From NCBI GenBank assembly GCA_965204375.1, contig OZ241986.1, positions 2,528,001 to 2,592,000 on the forward strand: DNA of 64,000 bases, read 5' to 3'. The position numbers and the translations under genes are program-made. The notes under the pieces were generated by a model. The model made no database searches. It saw nothing but the letters and a program-made list of their open reading frames with translations, and had not been told where the DNA came from. Positions 39,701 through 49,162 of the stretch are shown here, in pieces (the first letter of the stretch is position 1; the number at the start of each line of letters is the position of its first letter). Source of the stretch: Candidatus Latescibacterota bacterium (GTDB taxonomy: Bacteria > Latescibacterota > UBA2968).

Positions 39701-39910
39701 CCCCTGCTATTAGAAAAAAGCCTTCAGGCGCAATTCCTGGTGCCAATGGCCATATCCCTCGGATTTGGCGTTCTCTTTGCAACCGTCATCACCCTCTTGC
39801 TCGTCCCCATCAGCTACAATATTCTCGAAGACATCATCGACGCCTTTTATCGACTCATCGGACGCGAACGCGGCGCATTCCGCGCCGATCTGAATCGCGC
39901 AGCAGATTAA
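36701..39910 (+). CDS. RND efflux permease (AcrB/AcrD/AcrF family)
   Basis: NSVAANLLM, GIVVDDAVIVGEN, RFRPILLTSVTT. Confidence 0.95.
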   Translation: MKNAIEWFARNSVAANLLMVLILGGGILLVSRIRMEVFPEFSQDMINISMIYLGAAPEEVEEAVCIRIEEAVLGLDGIERITSTASENSGVVNIELESGADMRKLLDDVKARVDAITTFPVETEKPIIREITNRRQVINVAISGPTDEKTLKTIGEQVRDDIATIPGITQVDLVSTRPYEIAIEISENDLRRYDLTFSEIALAIRRFSIDLPGGAIRTKGGEILLRTKGQAYHGKEFESLVLRSRPDGTHLRLGDVATVIDGFAATDQSAQFDAEPTVTVKVYRVGDQNALDITEKVKAYINKTQPRMPDGIKLTVWADFSRILNDRLELMLHNGQLGFILVFIALTMFLRLRLAFWVALGIPISFLGAIGLMPFFDISINMISLFAFIVVLGIVVDDAVIVGENIYRHYQMGKRGLRAAIDGAQEVSVPVIFAILTSIAAFSPLLTVEGSMGKIMRIIPMIVILTLIFSLIESLFILPAHLAHAKINPKKDGDPPRKRAIVSLWQRVQNGVADGMLTAVDRYYRPFLEWALQWRYLTLAGGVATLFLTVGLVGGGWVKFVFFPNVEADNIAAMLTMPQGTPAEVTETAVRRMEASARQLQREIESEESGAVFRHVFATVGEQPYRAAQGPPTGNAASFSSAHLGEVYIELVPSENRDISSEEIANRWRKLTGAIPDAVELTYSSSLFSSGEAINIQFSGPDYGELREVAEKFKSALDDYPGVFDIADSFRPGKEEVKLSLTRQAETLGITLADLARQVRQAFYGEEAQRIQRGRDDIRVMVRYPESERRSLGNLEDMHIRTPSGGEVPFSIAASAELGRGYASIRRTDRQRVINVTSDVDISIANANEIIADFTRTVLPQILADHPRVRYDFEGQQREQTEMLQGLAQSFVIALLIIYILLAIPFKSYVQPLIVMGAIPFGIVGAVWGHVALGFNLSILSVFGIVALTGIVVNDSLVMVDFINKQREKGHALSEAIREAGAVRFRPILLTSVTTFLGLTPLLLEKSLQAQFLVPMAISLGFGVLFATVITLLLVPISYNILEDIIDAFYRLIGRERGAFRADLNRAAD

Positions 39911-40030
39911 TCGTGTTGTCTCAATTCAAAAGGCCGATTGCTTTTGCAAATTGACAAGCTATGTCGATGCGTGTACATTGCGTGCAAGTCTATAACGCAC
40001 CTGTATGCCTCAAAATTGAAAGGATAACCA

Positions 40031-41404
40031 ATGGCTCCCAACATCATCTTTATCCTCACCGATGATCAAGGCCCTTGGGCTGCCGGATGTTATGGGAATT
40101 CAGAAATCCGCACCCCCAATCTCGACCGCATTGCCGCCACGGGTATTCGCTTCGACAATTTCTTTGTCACCATCCCCGTGTGTTCGCCCAGCCGCGCCTC
40201 TTTTCTCACCGGTCGCATACCATCACAACACGGCGTACACGACTGGATCCGCGAAGGCAACACGGGTCCCGATGCAGCTTCTTATCTCCAGGACGAAATC
40301 TGCTATACCGATATCCTATCCGAACACGGCTGGACCTGTGGATTATCGGGCAAATGGCACCTGGGCAATAGCACCTTGCCGCAACACGGTTTCTCGCACT
40401 GGTTTGCCCACGAAAAAGGCGGTGGTCCCTACAACGACGCCACACTGGTACGCAACGGCGAACTCGTCACCGTACCGGGGTATGTGACCACCGCCATCAC
40501 AGACGACGCCCTCGCATTCATCGACAACCACGCCAATGACGACAACCCCTTTTATCTCAGCGTTCACTACACAGCGCCCCACAGCCCCTGGACCGGACAC
40601 CCCCAGGATATTGTCGATTCCTACGACGACTGCCCATTCGAATCCTGTCCACAAGAAGACCCGCACCCCTGGGCGGGTGGCTTAAGCGGTAATTTGGGCA
40701 ACCGCGAAAGCCTCAAAGGCTACTTTGCCGCTGTTACCGCAATGGATTATGACGTAGGGCGCATCCTCGATAAAATTGAGGACAAAGGGATTCGCGACAA
40801 CACCCTTGTAGTCTTCACCTCTGACAATGGTTTTTCCTGTGGTCATCACGGCTTTTGGGGCAAGGGCAATGGCACGCGCCCCTTAAATATGTATGAAAAC
40901 TCCATCAAAGTGCCCTTCTTAGCCAGCCATCCCGGCGTCATCCCCGAAGGTAGTGTGCAGCCCGCAATGGCTTCGGGATACGATTTTATGCCCACCCTCC
41001 TCGACTATCTCAACTTGCCCCTACCCGAAGACCGCAACTACCCTGGCCGGTCCTTCCTCGCCGCGCTCAAAGGCGAAGAAGACCCCGGACGCGACAATGT
41101 CGTTATCTACGACGAATACGGCACGACGCGCATGATCCGCACCACAGAATGGAAATACGTACATCGCTATCCCGATGGCCCCAATGAACTTTACGACCTG
41201 CAAAACGATCCCGACGAGCGCAGCAACCTCGTTGATGACAACGCACAGGTCAACCGCATCAAAACGATGAAAACGCAGATGGAAACGTGGTTTTCAACCT
41301 ATAGCATTCCCGACAAAGACGGACGCGATTACAATGTCACAGGTAGCGGTCAACTCCGCCCTGTCGGACAAAAATGGGAAGACGACCGCAAACCTTTTGC
41401 GTAA
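40031..41404 (+). CDS. Cys-type sulfatase
   Basis: PNIIFILTDDQG, CSPSRASFLTG, GKWHLG, SDNG. Confidence 0.93.
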   Translation: MAPNIIFILTDDQGPWAAGCYGNSEIRTPNLDRIAATGIRFDNFFVTIPVCSPSRASFLTGRIPSQHGVHDWIREGNTGPDAASYLQDEICYTDILSEHGWTCGLSGKWHLGNSTLPQHGFSHWFAHEKGGGPYNDATLVRNGELVTVPGYVTTAITDDALAFIDNHANDDNPFYLSVHYTAPHSPWTGHPQDIVDSYDDCPFESCPQEDPHPWAGGLSGNLGNRESLKGYFAAVTAMDYDVGRILDKIEDKGIRDNTLVVFTSDNGFSCGHHGFWGKGNGTRPLNMYENSIKVPFLASHPGVIPEGSVQPAMASGYDFMPTLLDYLNLPLPEDRNYPGRSFLAALKGEEDPGRDNVVIYDEYGTTRMIRTTEWKYVHRYPDGPNELYDLQNDPDERSNLVDDNAQVNRIKTMKTQMETWFSTYSIPDKDGRDYNVTGSGQLRPVGQKWEDDRKPFA

Positions 41405-41479
41405 ACTCGCTCTATATGTGAGACTTCGCCTGACATCGGCGTGCAAACTTCAGACAGTTTTCTATCAAAGGAGGTACCG

Positions 41480-42364
41480 GTGAAAGCGGGTGTGTGCAGT
41501 TACTGCTTCAATTCGATGCTGACCGAGGGTAAGATCTCTTTGATGGAGGCAATCGAATTCGTGGGAAAGGAGACTGAGGCCGACTGCTTTGAGCCCTACT
41601 CCCCATACTGGCGTCTCGATCGAGACGTGCAAGAACAGGCGCGTGAGGCCCGGAGCCTGATGGACCGGGTGGGCTTACAGGCCTCGTGCCATGCCCTGGC
41701 GACCGATTTCGCCGTTTACGACGAAGGCAAAAATCGCGCCTGCCTGGACTGGTGTGAGAAGATGCTCCAGGTCGCCGTGATCCTCGGGGCCGATACGGTC
41801 CGCGTCGATCCCCGCACCGCCCCACCTCCCGGCAGATCCCGCGACGATATCGATCCCGAAGACGCCCTCGCCCGCGTTGCTCAAAGCATGCAGACCGTCG
41901 CCGACATCGCTACCGAAAAAGGCCTGAAAGTCGGTGTTGAGAACCACGGACTGCTGCTCGGACGCACGTCGCAGACCGCGCGCATCGTCGAGTTGGTCGA
42001 TCGCCCCAACTTCGGCGTGAACCTCGACTTCACCAATTTCCGCACGGTCTTCGGAGAAGACCACGTTGAGGCGACCCGGCTTCTCGCCAGACATGTCGTC
42101 CACATTCACGCCAAGGACTTCCACATTCGGCAGGATCCCCAGCCTGGGGAGGAATGGCGCGAAATCCCCTCGGGCGAATACGTCAAGCGCGCGGTCGGCG
42201 GCGAGGGAAACTCGGGTTGGGCCGAGATCTTTCGCATCCTCAAAGATGCGGGCTACAGGGGTGCTATCTCCCTCGAGGTCTCAGATCCAGCGGACATCCG
42301 GGGCAGTGTCGCGAAAGGGGTAGCCAATCTGAAGCGTATCATCGCGGAGGTGGAGCGGTTGTAA
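41480..42364 (+). CDS. Sugar phosphate isomerase/epimerase (xylose isomerase-like TIM barrel)
   Basis: VENH, NLDFTN, HIHAKD, SLE; GTG start after AAGGAGG. Confidence 0.85.
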   Translation: MKAGVCSYCFNSMLTEGKISLMEAIEFVGKETEADCFEPYSPYWRLDRDVQEQAREARSLMDRVGLQASCHALATDFAVYDEGKNRACLDWCEKMLQVAVILGADTVRVDPRTAPPPGRSRDDIDPEDALARVAQSMQTVADIATEKGLKVGVENHGLLLGRTSQTARIVELVDRPNFGVNLDFTNFRTVFGEDHVEATRLLARHVVHIHAKDFHIRQDPQPGEEWREIPSGEYVKRAVGGEGNSGWAEIFRILKDAGYRGAISLEVSDPADIRGSVAKGVANLKRIIAEVERL

Positions 42365-42529
42365 TGCCAGAGCCAGGACGTGGATGGAAGCCACGGCGAC
42401 CGCATTGAATTAGATTTGGGTACATTTCTACTCGGTAATTTTGTTATGTTTATGGTAGCGATTGGATTTACCCTTACTGGACCCCCAGGAATTGGCACCC
42501 TTACAAGCGGCATAAATCGGAGACGGAAT

Positions 42530-43756
42530 ATGGACAAAAAATTAGCTCTTTATGGCGGGGAAAAAACGCGCACAGCCCCCTTCCCTTCGCGCGCGCCATT
42601 TGGGAAAAAAGAAGAAGAATTGTTGTTGGACGCCGTGCGCAGCCAAAATTTGTTTAGCAAGAGCGGCACCTATGTCAAAGATTTCGAAAAGCAATTTGCC
42701 GAATTTTACGGAATGGGACATGCACAAAGTTCAACGAGCGGTACGGCGGCCATTCATCTGGCAGTGGGTGCTGTCGATCCCGAACCGGGGGACGAAATCA
42801 TCACCGCGCCCATTACCGATCCGGGTAGTGTAATGCCCATTTTAATCCAAAATGCCGTGCCCATATTTGCCGACGTCGATCCCCTGACAATGAACATGAC
42901 ACCCGAATCAATTGAAGAAAATATTACAGACCGAACGCGCGCAATCATCCTCGTACACTTGTTTGGGCGCCCCTGCAACGTCGAAGAAGTGGTAAAAATT
43001 GCGGAAAAATACCACATTACGCTGATTGAAGATTGTAGCCAATGTCACGCTACCAAATACAAAGGTCGCTATGTGGGAACTTTCGGGCATATGGGTTGTT
43101 TTAGCTTGCAACAGTCCAAACACATGACCACAGGCGATGGCGGAATGACTGTCACGCATGACCGAGAAACCTATATTCGCCTCAAGCTATTTTCCGATAA
43201 AGGATGGGATTATCAATATATGGCCGATCGAGATCACGCTTTTGTCGCACCCAACTATCGCATGACCGAGATGCAGGGCGCGGTTGGCCTCGCACAACTG
43301 GAAAAGGTGCGCGGCGTAGTCGAAAGACGACACGAATTGGGCGCGTTACTTTGTGAACTCATTGCCGATGCGCCGGGCATAACGCCCGTTCCATACGAGG
43401 GAGACCGCGAGGTTTCGTGGTGGAATTTTGTCTTTCACGTCACGGGTCACGATCCCGATGAATTTTGCAAAGCCGTGCGTGCCGAAGGCGTGTCTATGGG
43501 GGCGCATTATATCAAAGATCCGATTTTTATGCGCGGGAATTATCTGACCGAAAAACGCACCTATGGAAACAGCGGATTCCCCTTTCACCACGGCGTAACA
43601 AGCCGCGAATATAACTACGGCCCAGAACTCGTTCCAGGCGCAGTACAAGCATTGAGTACAGTCGTCGTATGGGGCTTGCACGAGCACCTCGACGAAAACG
43701 ACATCCGCGACACCGCCGCCGCAATCAACAAAGTTGCCAATGGCTTGGGCAAATAG
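42530..43756 (+). CDS. DegT/DnrJ/EryC1/StrS aminotransferase
   Basis: SGTAAIH, EDCSQ, FSLQQSKHMTTGDGG, NYRMTE; true start MDKKLALYGG. Confidence 0.9.
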   Translation: MDKKLALYGGEKTRTAPFPSRAPFGKKEEELLLDAVRSQNLFSKSGTYVKDFEKQFAEFYGMGHAQSSTSGTAAIHLAVGAVDPEPGDEIITAPITDPGSVMPILIQNAVPIFADVDPLTMNMTPESIEENITDRTRAIILVHLFGRPCNVEEVVKIAEKYHITLIEDCSQCHATKYKGRYVGTFGHMGCFSLQQSKHMTTGDGGMTVTHDRETYIRLKLFSDKGWDYQYMADRDHAFVAPNYRMTEMQGAVGLAQLEKVRGVVERRHELGALLCELIADAPGITPVPYEGDREVSWWNFVFHVTGHDPDEFCKAVRAEGVSMGAHYIKDPIFMRGNYLTEKRTYGNSGFPFHHGVTSREYNYGPELVPGAVQALSTVVVWGLHEHLDENDIRDTAAAINKVANGLGK

Positions 43757-44809
43757 ATGAAAAAAGGTATCCAAATGCACCAGTCTCGTACACGGTGGTA
43801 TTACATCAGAGGCATTTTTGTGAGTGTGCTCTATATTTTAGCTCTCTCTGCTTGTGGAAACACACCGTCGGACATCACGGGACCAGCACCGGGAGAACCC
43901 GGTGCAGAGCCAATACCCGGCGGCCCTGGACAGATTGCATATATAAAACAAAACCTGCAAACGGGCAGTTTTCATCTTCATATCGTAGATCCCGACGGTA
44001 AAAATCCCATCAATCTCAATCCCATAGACGATCTGGCTGAATATACCGGGCAATCTTGGTCGTCCGATGGCAAACAACTCGCCTTTGCCTCGAACCGCAG
44101 TGGCAATGCCAATTTCAACATTTTTGTCATGAATGCCGACGGGAGCAATATCCGCAGTGTGGTTGAAGATGCGGGAAACGAATTTGCATCGTCCTGGTCG
44201 CCCGATGGACAGAAAATACTCTTTCAAACAACGCGCAGAGATGAGACAGCCTGGGATATTTATGTGGTCAACATCGACGGTTCTGACGAAAAGGTACTGA
44301 TCAATACGGATATGGAAGAACAACTGCCCGCATGGTCGCCCGATGGCACCACATTTGCCTATCAGGCTGGACACCGCGGTCGGGGAACCGACATTTATGT
44401 CGCCAATGCCGATGGTACAGGCGCGATGCGTTTGACAGATGGCAATGGCACCTTGCACGCTGCACCTGCCTGGTCGCCCGATGGAATGCAGATCGCGTTC
44501 GAATCCAACCGCCATCAACCCCCGTCAACAGGCACGAGAACGCCTCTGGCACAGTACGAAATTTATGTGATGAATCGGGATGGTTCAAATATGCACCGCC
44601 TCACGTCCTCCCAACCCCTCGAAGCAGTACGCAATCCAACCTGGTCGCCGGATGGAAAGCAAATTGCATTTGAATTTCACGCTTATTCAACAGATCTCAT
44701 CACAGGATTTTCGACCATTAAGGTCATGAATGCAGATGGCTCCAATATGTACTCCATACCCAATCTCCCCATTGGCGCGCGCTTTCCGCGCTGGTCGCCT
44801 GTTCCGTAA
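43757..44809 (+). CDS. TolB-like beta-propeller lipoprotein (PD40 repeats)
   Basis: Lipobox LSAC, repeated WSPDG..IAF and IYVMN.DGS. Confidence 0.85.
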   Translation: MKKGIQMHQSRTRWYYIRGIFVSVLYILALSACGNTPSDITGPAPGEPGAEPIPGGPGQIAYIKQNLQTGSFHLHIVDPDGKNPINLNPIDDLAEYTGQSWSSDGKQLAFASNRSGNANFNIFVMNADGSNIRSVVEDAGNEFASSWSPDGQKILFQTTRRDETAWDIYVVNIDGSDEKVLINTDMEEQLPAWSPDGTTFAYQAGHRGRGTDIYVANADGTGAMRLTDGNGTLHAAPAWSPDGMQIAFESNRHQPPSTGTRTPLAQYEIYVMNRDGSNMHRLTSSQPLEAVRNPTWSPDGKQIAFEFHAYSTDLITGFSTIKVMNADGSNMYSIPNLPIGARFPRWSPVP

Positions 44810-44951
44810 ACACAACATCTATGTCGTGAATTGACCATCTGAAAAGTCTCGGATTTTATCTGAGACTTTTTTGTTTGACTTCGCCGCTTTTGTCCAATTA
44901 ATTGTTCGCGGCGGGTATATGGTATTGTGAACCACTTGTCAGGAGAAGCGT

Positions 44952-45671
44952 ATGAGACGGCCAACAGATGCTGAACGACAGGAGTGGGAAGATAACGGCG
45001 TGTTGTTTTTAGAAAATGCAATAGCAGGAGAAGACCTCGCACGGTTGCAGGCGACATTTGACCGATGTGCCGCCGAGGCCAGGCGCGAATGGTTGGAGGG
45101 AATTGCAAAAGGCACGCGTCCTGCTGCCCATTTTGATATTCCAAAGCCATTGGAAAAGGACGACGTATTTATCGACCTGATCGATTATCCGGGCTGGTAC
45201 GGATTTTTGATGGATTTTGCCGACGAAGATCTGATCTTGCTCGCGCCGCAAGTTCGAACCCTGCCGGTCTCACCCATCAGTTATGTGGGCTGGCATCCAG
45301 ATGTGCCACATACGACACCACTCCATATGAAGGTACAGATTTATATTGAAGATGTCCCGGCCGATGGCGGTGCATTTGGGTATGTGCCAGGCAGTCATAA
45401 ACCCGACGCTGGGCCGTGTCCCGTGGTCCGCCCGCTGGATTCAATGCCAGGGCACAAAGTGTATCCGGGCAAAGCGGGCGATGCGGTATTATTCAATTCT
45501 TATGGATGGCATACATCGATGGTCAATCGCACGTTAAAGCCGCGCAAGTCGATTATCCTCATTTATGAAAAGTGGAGTAAGGACCGCAGATCAACCAAAT
45601 ATTTTGCAGCCATTGCACACAAATGCACAACGCCAGACCGCAGGCGGTTGTTCAGCCTGGATGAGAGATGA
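44952..45671 (+). CDS. PhyH family dioxygenase
   Basis: WHPD, YVPGSHK, GKAGDAVLF...WH. Confidence 0.83.
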   Translation: MRRPTDAERQEWEDNGVLFLENAIAGEDLARLQATFDRCAAEARREWLEGIAKGTRPAAHFDIPKPLEKDDVFIDLIDYPGWYGFLMDFADEDLILLAPQVRTLPVSPISYVGWHPDVPHTTPLHMKVQIYIEDVPADGGAFGYVPGSHKPDAGPCPVVRPLDSMPGHKVYPGKAGDAVLFNSYGWHTSMVNRTLKPRKSIILIYEKWSKDRRSTKYFAAIAHKCTTPDRRRLFSLDER

Positions 45672-45675
45672 TAGT

Positions 45676-46578
45676 ATGTCAATTATTGACTCGCACCTGC
45701 ATGTATTTGAAAAACTGTCGGACAAATTTCCCCGCGAGGTGGATGATCAGTGTCCCGCAGACAGGGCAGAGACAGCAGAAAAATTGCTGGAGGTCATGGC
45801 GGCCAATGGAGTCGATCAGGCAGTGCTAACACAGATCGGTGGTACCCAATTGGCGCACCATCGGTACTTACAGCATTGTTTAAAGACCTATCCCAATCGC
45901 TTCCGGGGAATTGGGTTAATTCCTCGGGACAAATGGGACGTGCCAGAAGACCACATGGATCGACTAACTGAAAATGGGGATATTATCGGATTCAGGATTA
46001 ACGAAATTGGCGGACCTGCCGATCCCCTATCCCAAATGGATGTACGAACATTTACATCGTATCGCATCTGGAAACACGCGGCTGAAAAAAACTACGTGAT
46101 GTGGCTGTATATTCGGGCGAAAGACGCACATCAAGTCGCCTTTATGATTCGGGCATTTCCCGAAATTCGCGCCGTGTTTAACCACCTGATGATCTGTCCA
46201 GGCGAGGGAATGTTTTCGTGGGATGACGAAGGCCGCCCGCACATCAATACCCCCATACCGCCGATGACGCGCTACTCGATGCTGGGCTTGCACGAATACC
46301 CCAATATCTGCGTACATCTATCGGGACAATATGCGTTTAGCAAAGAATCCTGGCCCTATCGCGACCTGGAAAGCTGGCACAAAACATTGCTTTCCAAGTT
46401 CGGCGCAGACAAATTGATGTGGGCGACGGATTTTCCCTGGATTTTGGAAGATCCGGGGTACGATAAGTTGGTACAGGTGATTGATGAATTATTGCCGGAC
46501 TTGAGCGTTCAGCAAAAGGCAGAAATTATGGGGGGAACGGCAAAACGGATTTTGGGTTTTCCCGACGTGGCGGATTGA
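45676..46578 (+). CDS. Amidohydrolase_2 family protein (lactonase-like)
   Basis: IIDSHLH, NHL, LSG, WATDFPW. Confidence 0.85.
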   Translation: MSIIDSHLHVFEKLSDKFPREVDDQCPADRAETAEKLLEVMAANGVDQAVLTQIGGTQLAHHRYLQHCLKTYPNRFRGIGLIPRDKWDVPEDHMDRLTENGDIIGFRINEIGGPADPLSQMDVRTFTSYRIWKHAAEKNYVMWLYIRAKDAHQVAFMIRAFPEIRAVFNHLMICPGEGMFSWDDEGRPHINTPIPPMTRYSMLGLHEYPNICVHLSGQYAFSKESWPYRDLESWHKTLLSKFGADKLMWATDFPWILEDPGYDKLVQVIDELLPDLSVQQKAEIMGGTAKRILGFPDVAD

Positions 46579-48610
46579 CCCTTTTGAAATTGACCTTGTA
46601 TTGTTCGAGGGCCTCGAGTGCCTTGTTATCGGGATGGGGATATATGTCGCGGGACTTCCCAAAAGACGCGACAGCATCTACCCTCTTGCCCTGTTTTTGC
46701 AACAGGCTTCCCTTCAAGTAGTAAAGCCGCGCCAGGGTTTGCTTTTTCAATGCCTCGTGTTTGAGGGGCTCTGCCCTATCCAACCACGCCGAGACCTGTT
46801 CCCAGTGCGAGCTATTTCCATTCTCTATCAGTGTGGTAGCCATGCCGATGAGGCAAGCATAACTCCCCTCTGCGAGGAGGAACAATTCCCGCATTGAATT
46901 GAGAAGCTCTGGATCGCCCGAAAAATAAATCAAACCCAAATATCGCCCGTACTGGAACAACAATCCGTTTCGCCGCACGCGCTCCCAGCGGTCAATGGGT
47001 TGCAGATGTACCAGATAGGTGAAATATTCCTCTCCGCGCGGATGGCGTTTCAGTTCTATGGTGCCGGGCTTGCCATCTTTAACCGCCTCCATGAGAAAAC
47101 CATAGATCCGTCCCTGGCGATTGGGAAAAATATCGAAATCCATGGGAAAGAAGAGGGCGCGTTCTGTCGAATCAGTCAATTTTTCCAGAACCTCCTTCTT
47201 ATTATCTTTTGGTAAAAATGGATCGTAGAGGCGTTTGCCATATACGAGTCCCTGAAGATTGTACAACGTGACATCTGGACGGCGGTTCTCGATGTATTGA
47301 TAATAGCCCATCGGCCCGGTTGCATCGCCAAACACGAATAAAACAGCGTCCTCCGGCAAAATATCCAATTGCATGTCTGCATAGTGCTCGGCAAAGTCGC
47401 TATCGGATCGATCATTGGGCTGCCAGTGTTCGTGCACCGACCACGCAACCATCGCCGTGCCCACCAGCGCTGCCATACCAATTTTGAGTCTCGGCCTCTG
47501 GGCAAATTTGGAAGGCAACCGTTCTGCCAACCAGTCGAGCACAACCTGCAATCCAACGCCCAGCCACAGGGCCGCTATGCCGTAACACAACAGAGAATAG
47601 GGACGGAAGATCGCGCCCCAGAAAAAGTCAAAATCAAAACCCAGCAAGGCGATCAGCACGATGCTATTGCCCAAAAATACCAGCAATCCCGAACCCGCTT
47701 TTGCGATCTGCCGCCGCTGAAACAGAATAATCAGGCCGAACACAGCGAGTGCAAATCCCGGCAGCGTCAATTGCCATAAAAATTCATTGCCAAGCCATTG
47801 CATGAACCCAAATCGGTCATCCCATCCCGCGCTGGGGCTGGCATCTATATGGGCATAGCCCTGCCGGCTGAAGTAGTGCCAGAATTCTTTCAACGTATCG
47901 ATAGAACCGTAAAAGTTGATCAGGGGATCCTGATGTGACCGCCAGACCATCCATGCATAAGGCAATGCCGCACACGGCAAGAAAATCCCCAAGAGCAACG
48001 GCAGTTTCCGATACAAGGTGCGCCAAATGGGAAAGACCAATATCATCAAACCCGGCGTTGAAAGCACCATCAGCGGCCAGTGATTGGTCAAACTCAACCC
48101 ATAAGTGATAGCCGTGGCAATCCAGATCCCGGTGCGATGCGGCTGGCGGATGCCGTACAAAAGCGACGCATAGAGACCAAAAAAGAACAGCGCATTGAGC
48201 GTATAAACCTCGGCGATAATAGCCTGCGACCAGAAATGCTCACAAGCGGCAAACAGCCATGTAGCAATCAGGGCTGGAATTGGCGATGCGCCCAACAAAC
48301 GGGCACATACATAAACGCAGCCACAGGTAAGCGCGCCCAATACCGCGCTGGACAAATGACCGAGAAAAGCAACACTGCCAAAAGGCAATTGCGTAAACAG
48401 ATAGGCAATAAGGGTATAGAGCGGATAGCCCGGCGGATGTGCCACGCCGAGGTGAACTCCAGCCATGAGAAACAAGCCGTCATCTTCCAGAACAACAGTG
48501 CGCGGCATGGTAAGCACATAAAGCACAAGCGGGCCAATAACCGATGCGGCCAGTGCGGTCCCATCGCGCAAGGGATTAAATGCTTCAACCTGGGCATGCA
48601 CGCGATTCAT
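46526..48610 (-). CDS. DUF2723 (TMEM260-like GT-C) membrane glycosyltransferase with TPR tail
   Basis: LEDDG.F, GVAHPPGYPLY, WSQAIIAEVYTLN, NH, RRPDV. Confidence 0.85.
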   Translation of the reverse strand: MNRVHAQVEAFNPLRDGTALAASVIGPLVLYVLTMPRTVVLEDDGLFLMAGVHLGVAHPPGYPLYTLIAYLFTQLPFGSVAFLGHLSSAVLGALTCGCVYVCARLLGASPIPALIATWLFAACEHFWSQAIIAEVYTLNALFFFGLYASLLYGIRQPHRTGIWIATAITYGLSLTNHWPLMVLSTPGLMILVFPIWRTLYRKLPLLLGIFLPCAALPYAWMVWRSHQDPLINFYGSIDTLKEFWHYFSRQGYAHIDASPSAGWDDRFGFMQWLGNEFLWQLTLPGFALAVFGLIILFQRRQIAKAGSGLLVFLGNSIVLIALLGFDFDFFWGAIFRPYSLLCYGIAALWLGVGLQVVLDWLAERLPSKFAQRPRLKIGMAALVGTAMVAWSVHEHWQPNDRSDSDFAEHYADMQLDILPEDAVLFVFGDATGPMGYYQYIENRRPDVTLYNLQGLVYGKRLYDPFLPKDNKKEVLEKLTDSTERALFFPMDFDIFPNRQGRIYGFLMEAVKDGKPGTIELKRHPRGEEYFTYLVHLQPIDRWERVRRNGLLFQYGRYLGLIYFSGDPELLNSMRELFLLAEGSYACLIGMATTLIENGNSSHWEQVSAWLDRAEPLKHEALKKQTLARLYYLKGSLLQKQGKRVDAVASFGKSRDIYPHPDNKALEALEQYKVNFKRVNPPRRENPKSVLPFPP

Positions 48611-49029
48611 TGCGTACCGTCCTCCTGTTCTTCTGGGCATCCACCTGTCACCTCGCGAAATGTCCAGAGAGAATTGATGAAATAATTGAACAATGTGGCC
48701 GGGGCAATTGCGCACCCCTGCAAAATGACCGATGGCACCGCTGGGAAAAGGAAGGAAAGCAAGACAAACGTGCCATAACTCAGCATGAGCGTCACCAGTG
48801 AAACGAGATTAAACTTCAGACCTCGAACGCGTTTTTTTCCCGCCAGTGCGCGGTCGCGGAAAGTCCAGTAGTTATTGAGCAGAAAATTTGAGATAATCGA
48901 CAGCTCAATTGCAACTGGCGATGCCAGCAACTTATGCACACCGAGATTGAGCAAGAGTTGAAACGAACCGAGATTGACAAATACTCCCGATAAACCCGTG
49001 AGGGCAAATTTGATAAATGTCCGGGACAT
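48607..49029 (-). CDS. GtrA family protein
   Basis: FIKFALTGLSGVFVN, SNFLLNNYWTF, NYFINSLWTF. Confidence 0.88.
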   Translation of the reverse strand: MSRTFIKFALTGLSGVFVNLGSFQLLLNLGVHKLLASPVAIELSIISNFLLNNYWTFRDRALAGKKRVRGLKFNLVSLVTLMLSYGTFVLLSFLFPAVPSVILQGCAIAPATLFNYFINSLWTFREVTGGCPEEQEDGTQ

Positions 49030-49162
49030 GAATTTTCCGATAAATTGAATTTTCAACTGGTCAAAATAACAACACACCTTCGAAAAATCAAGCGCGAAAG
49101 AAAAAGTTCTCTCTTGTATTCGTCCATATATACACAGACAACTTGATACGGTTGACCCGATC

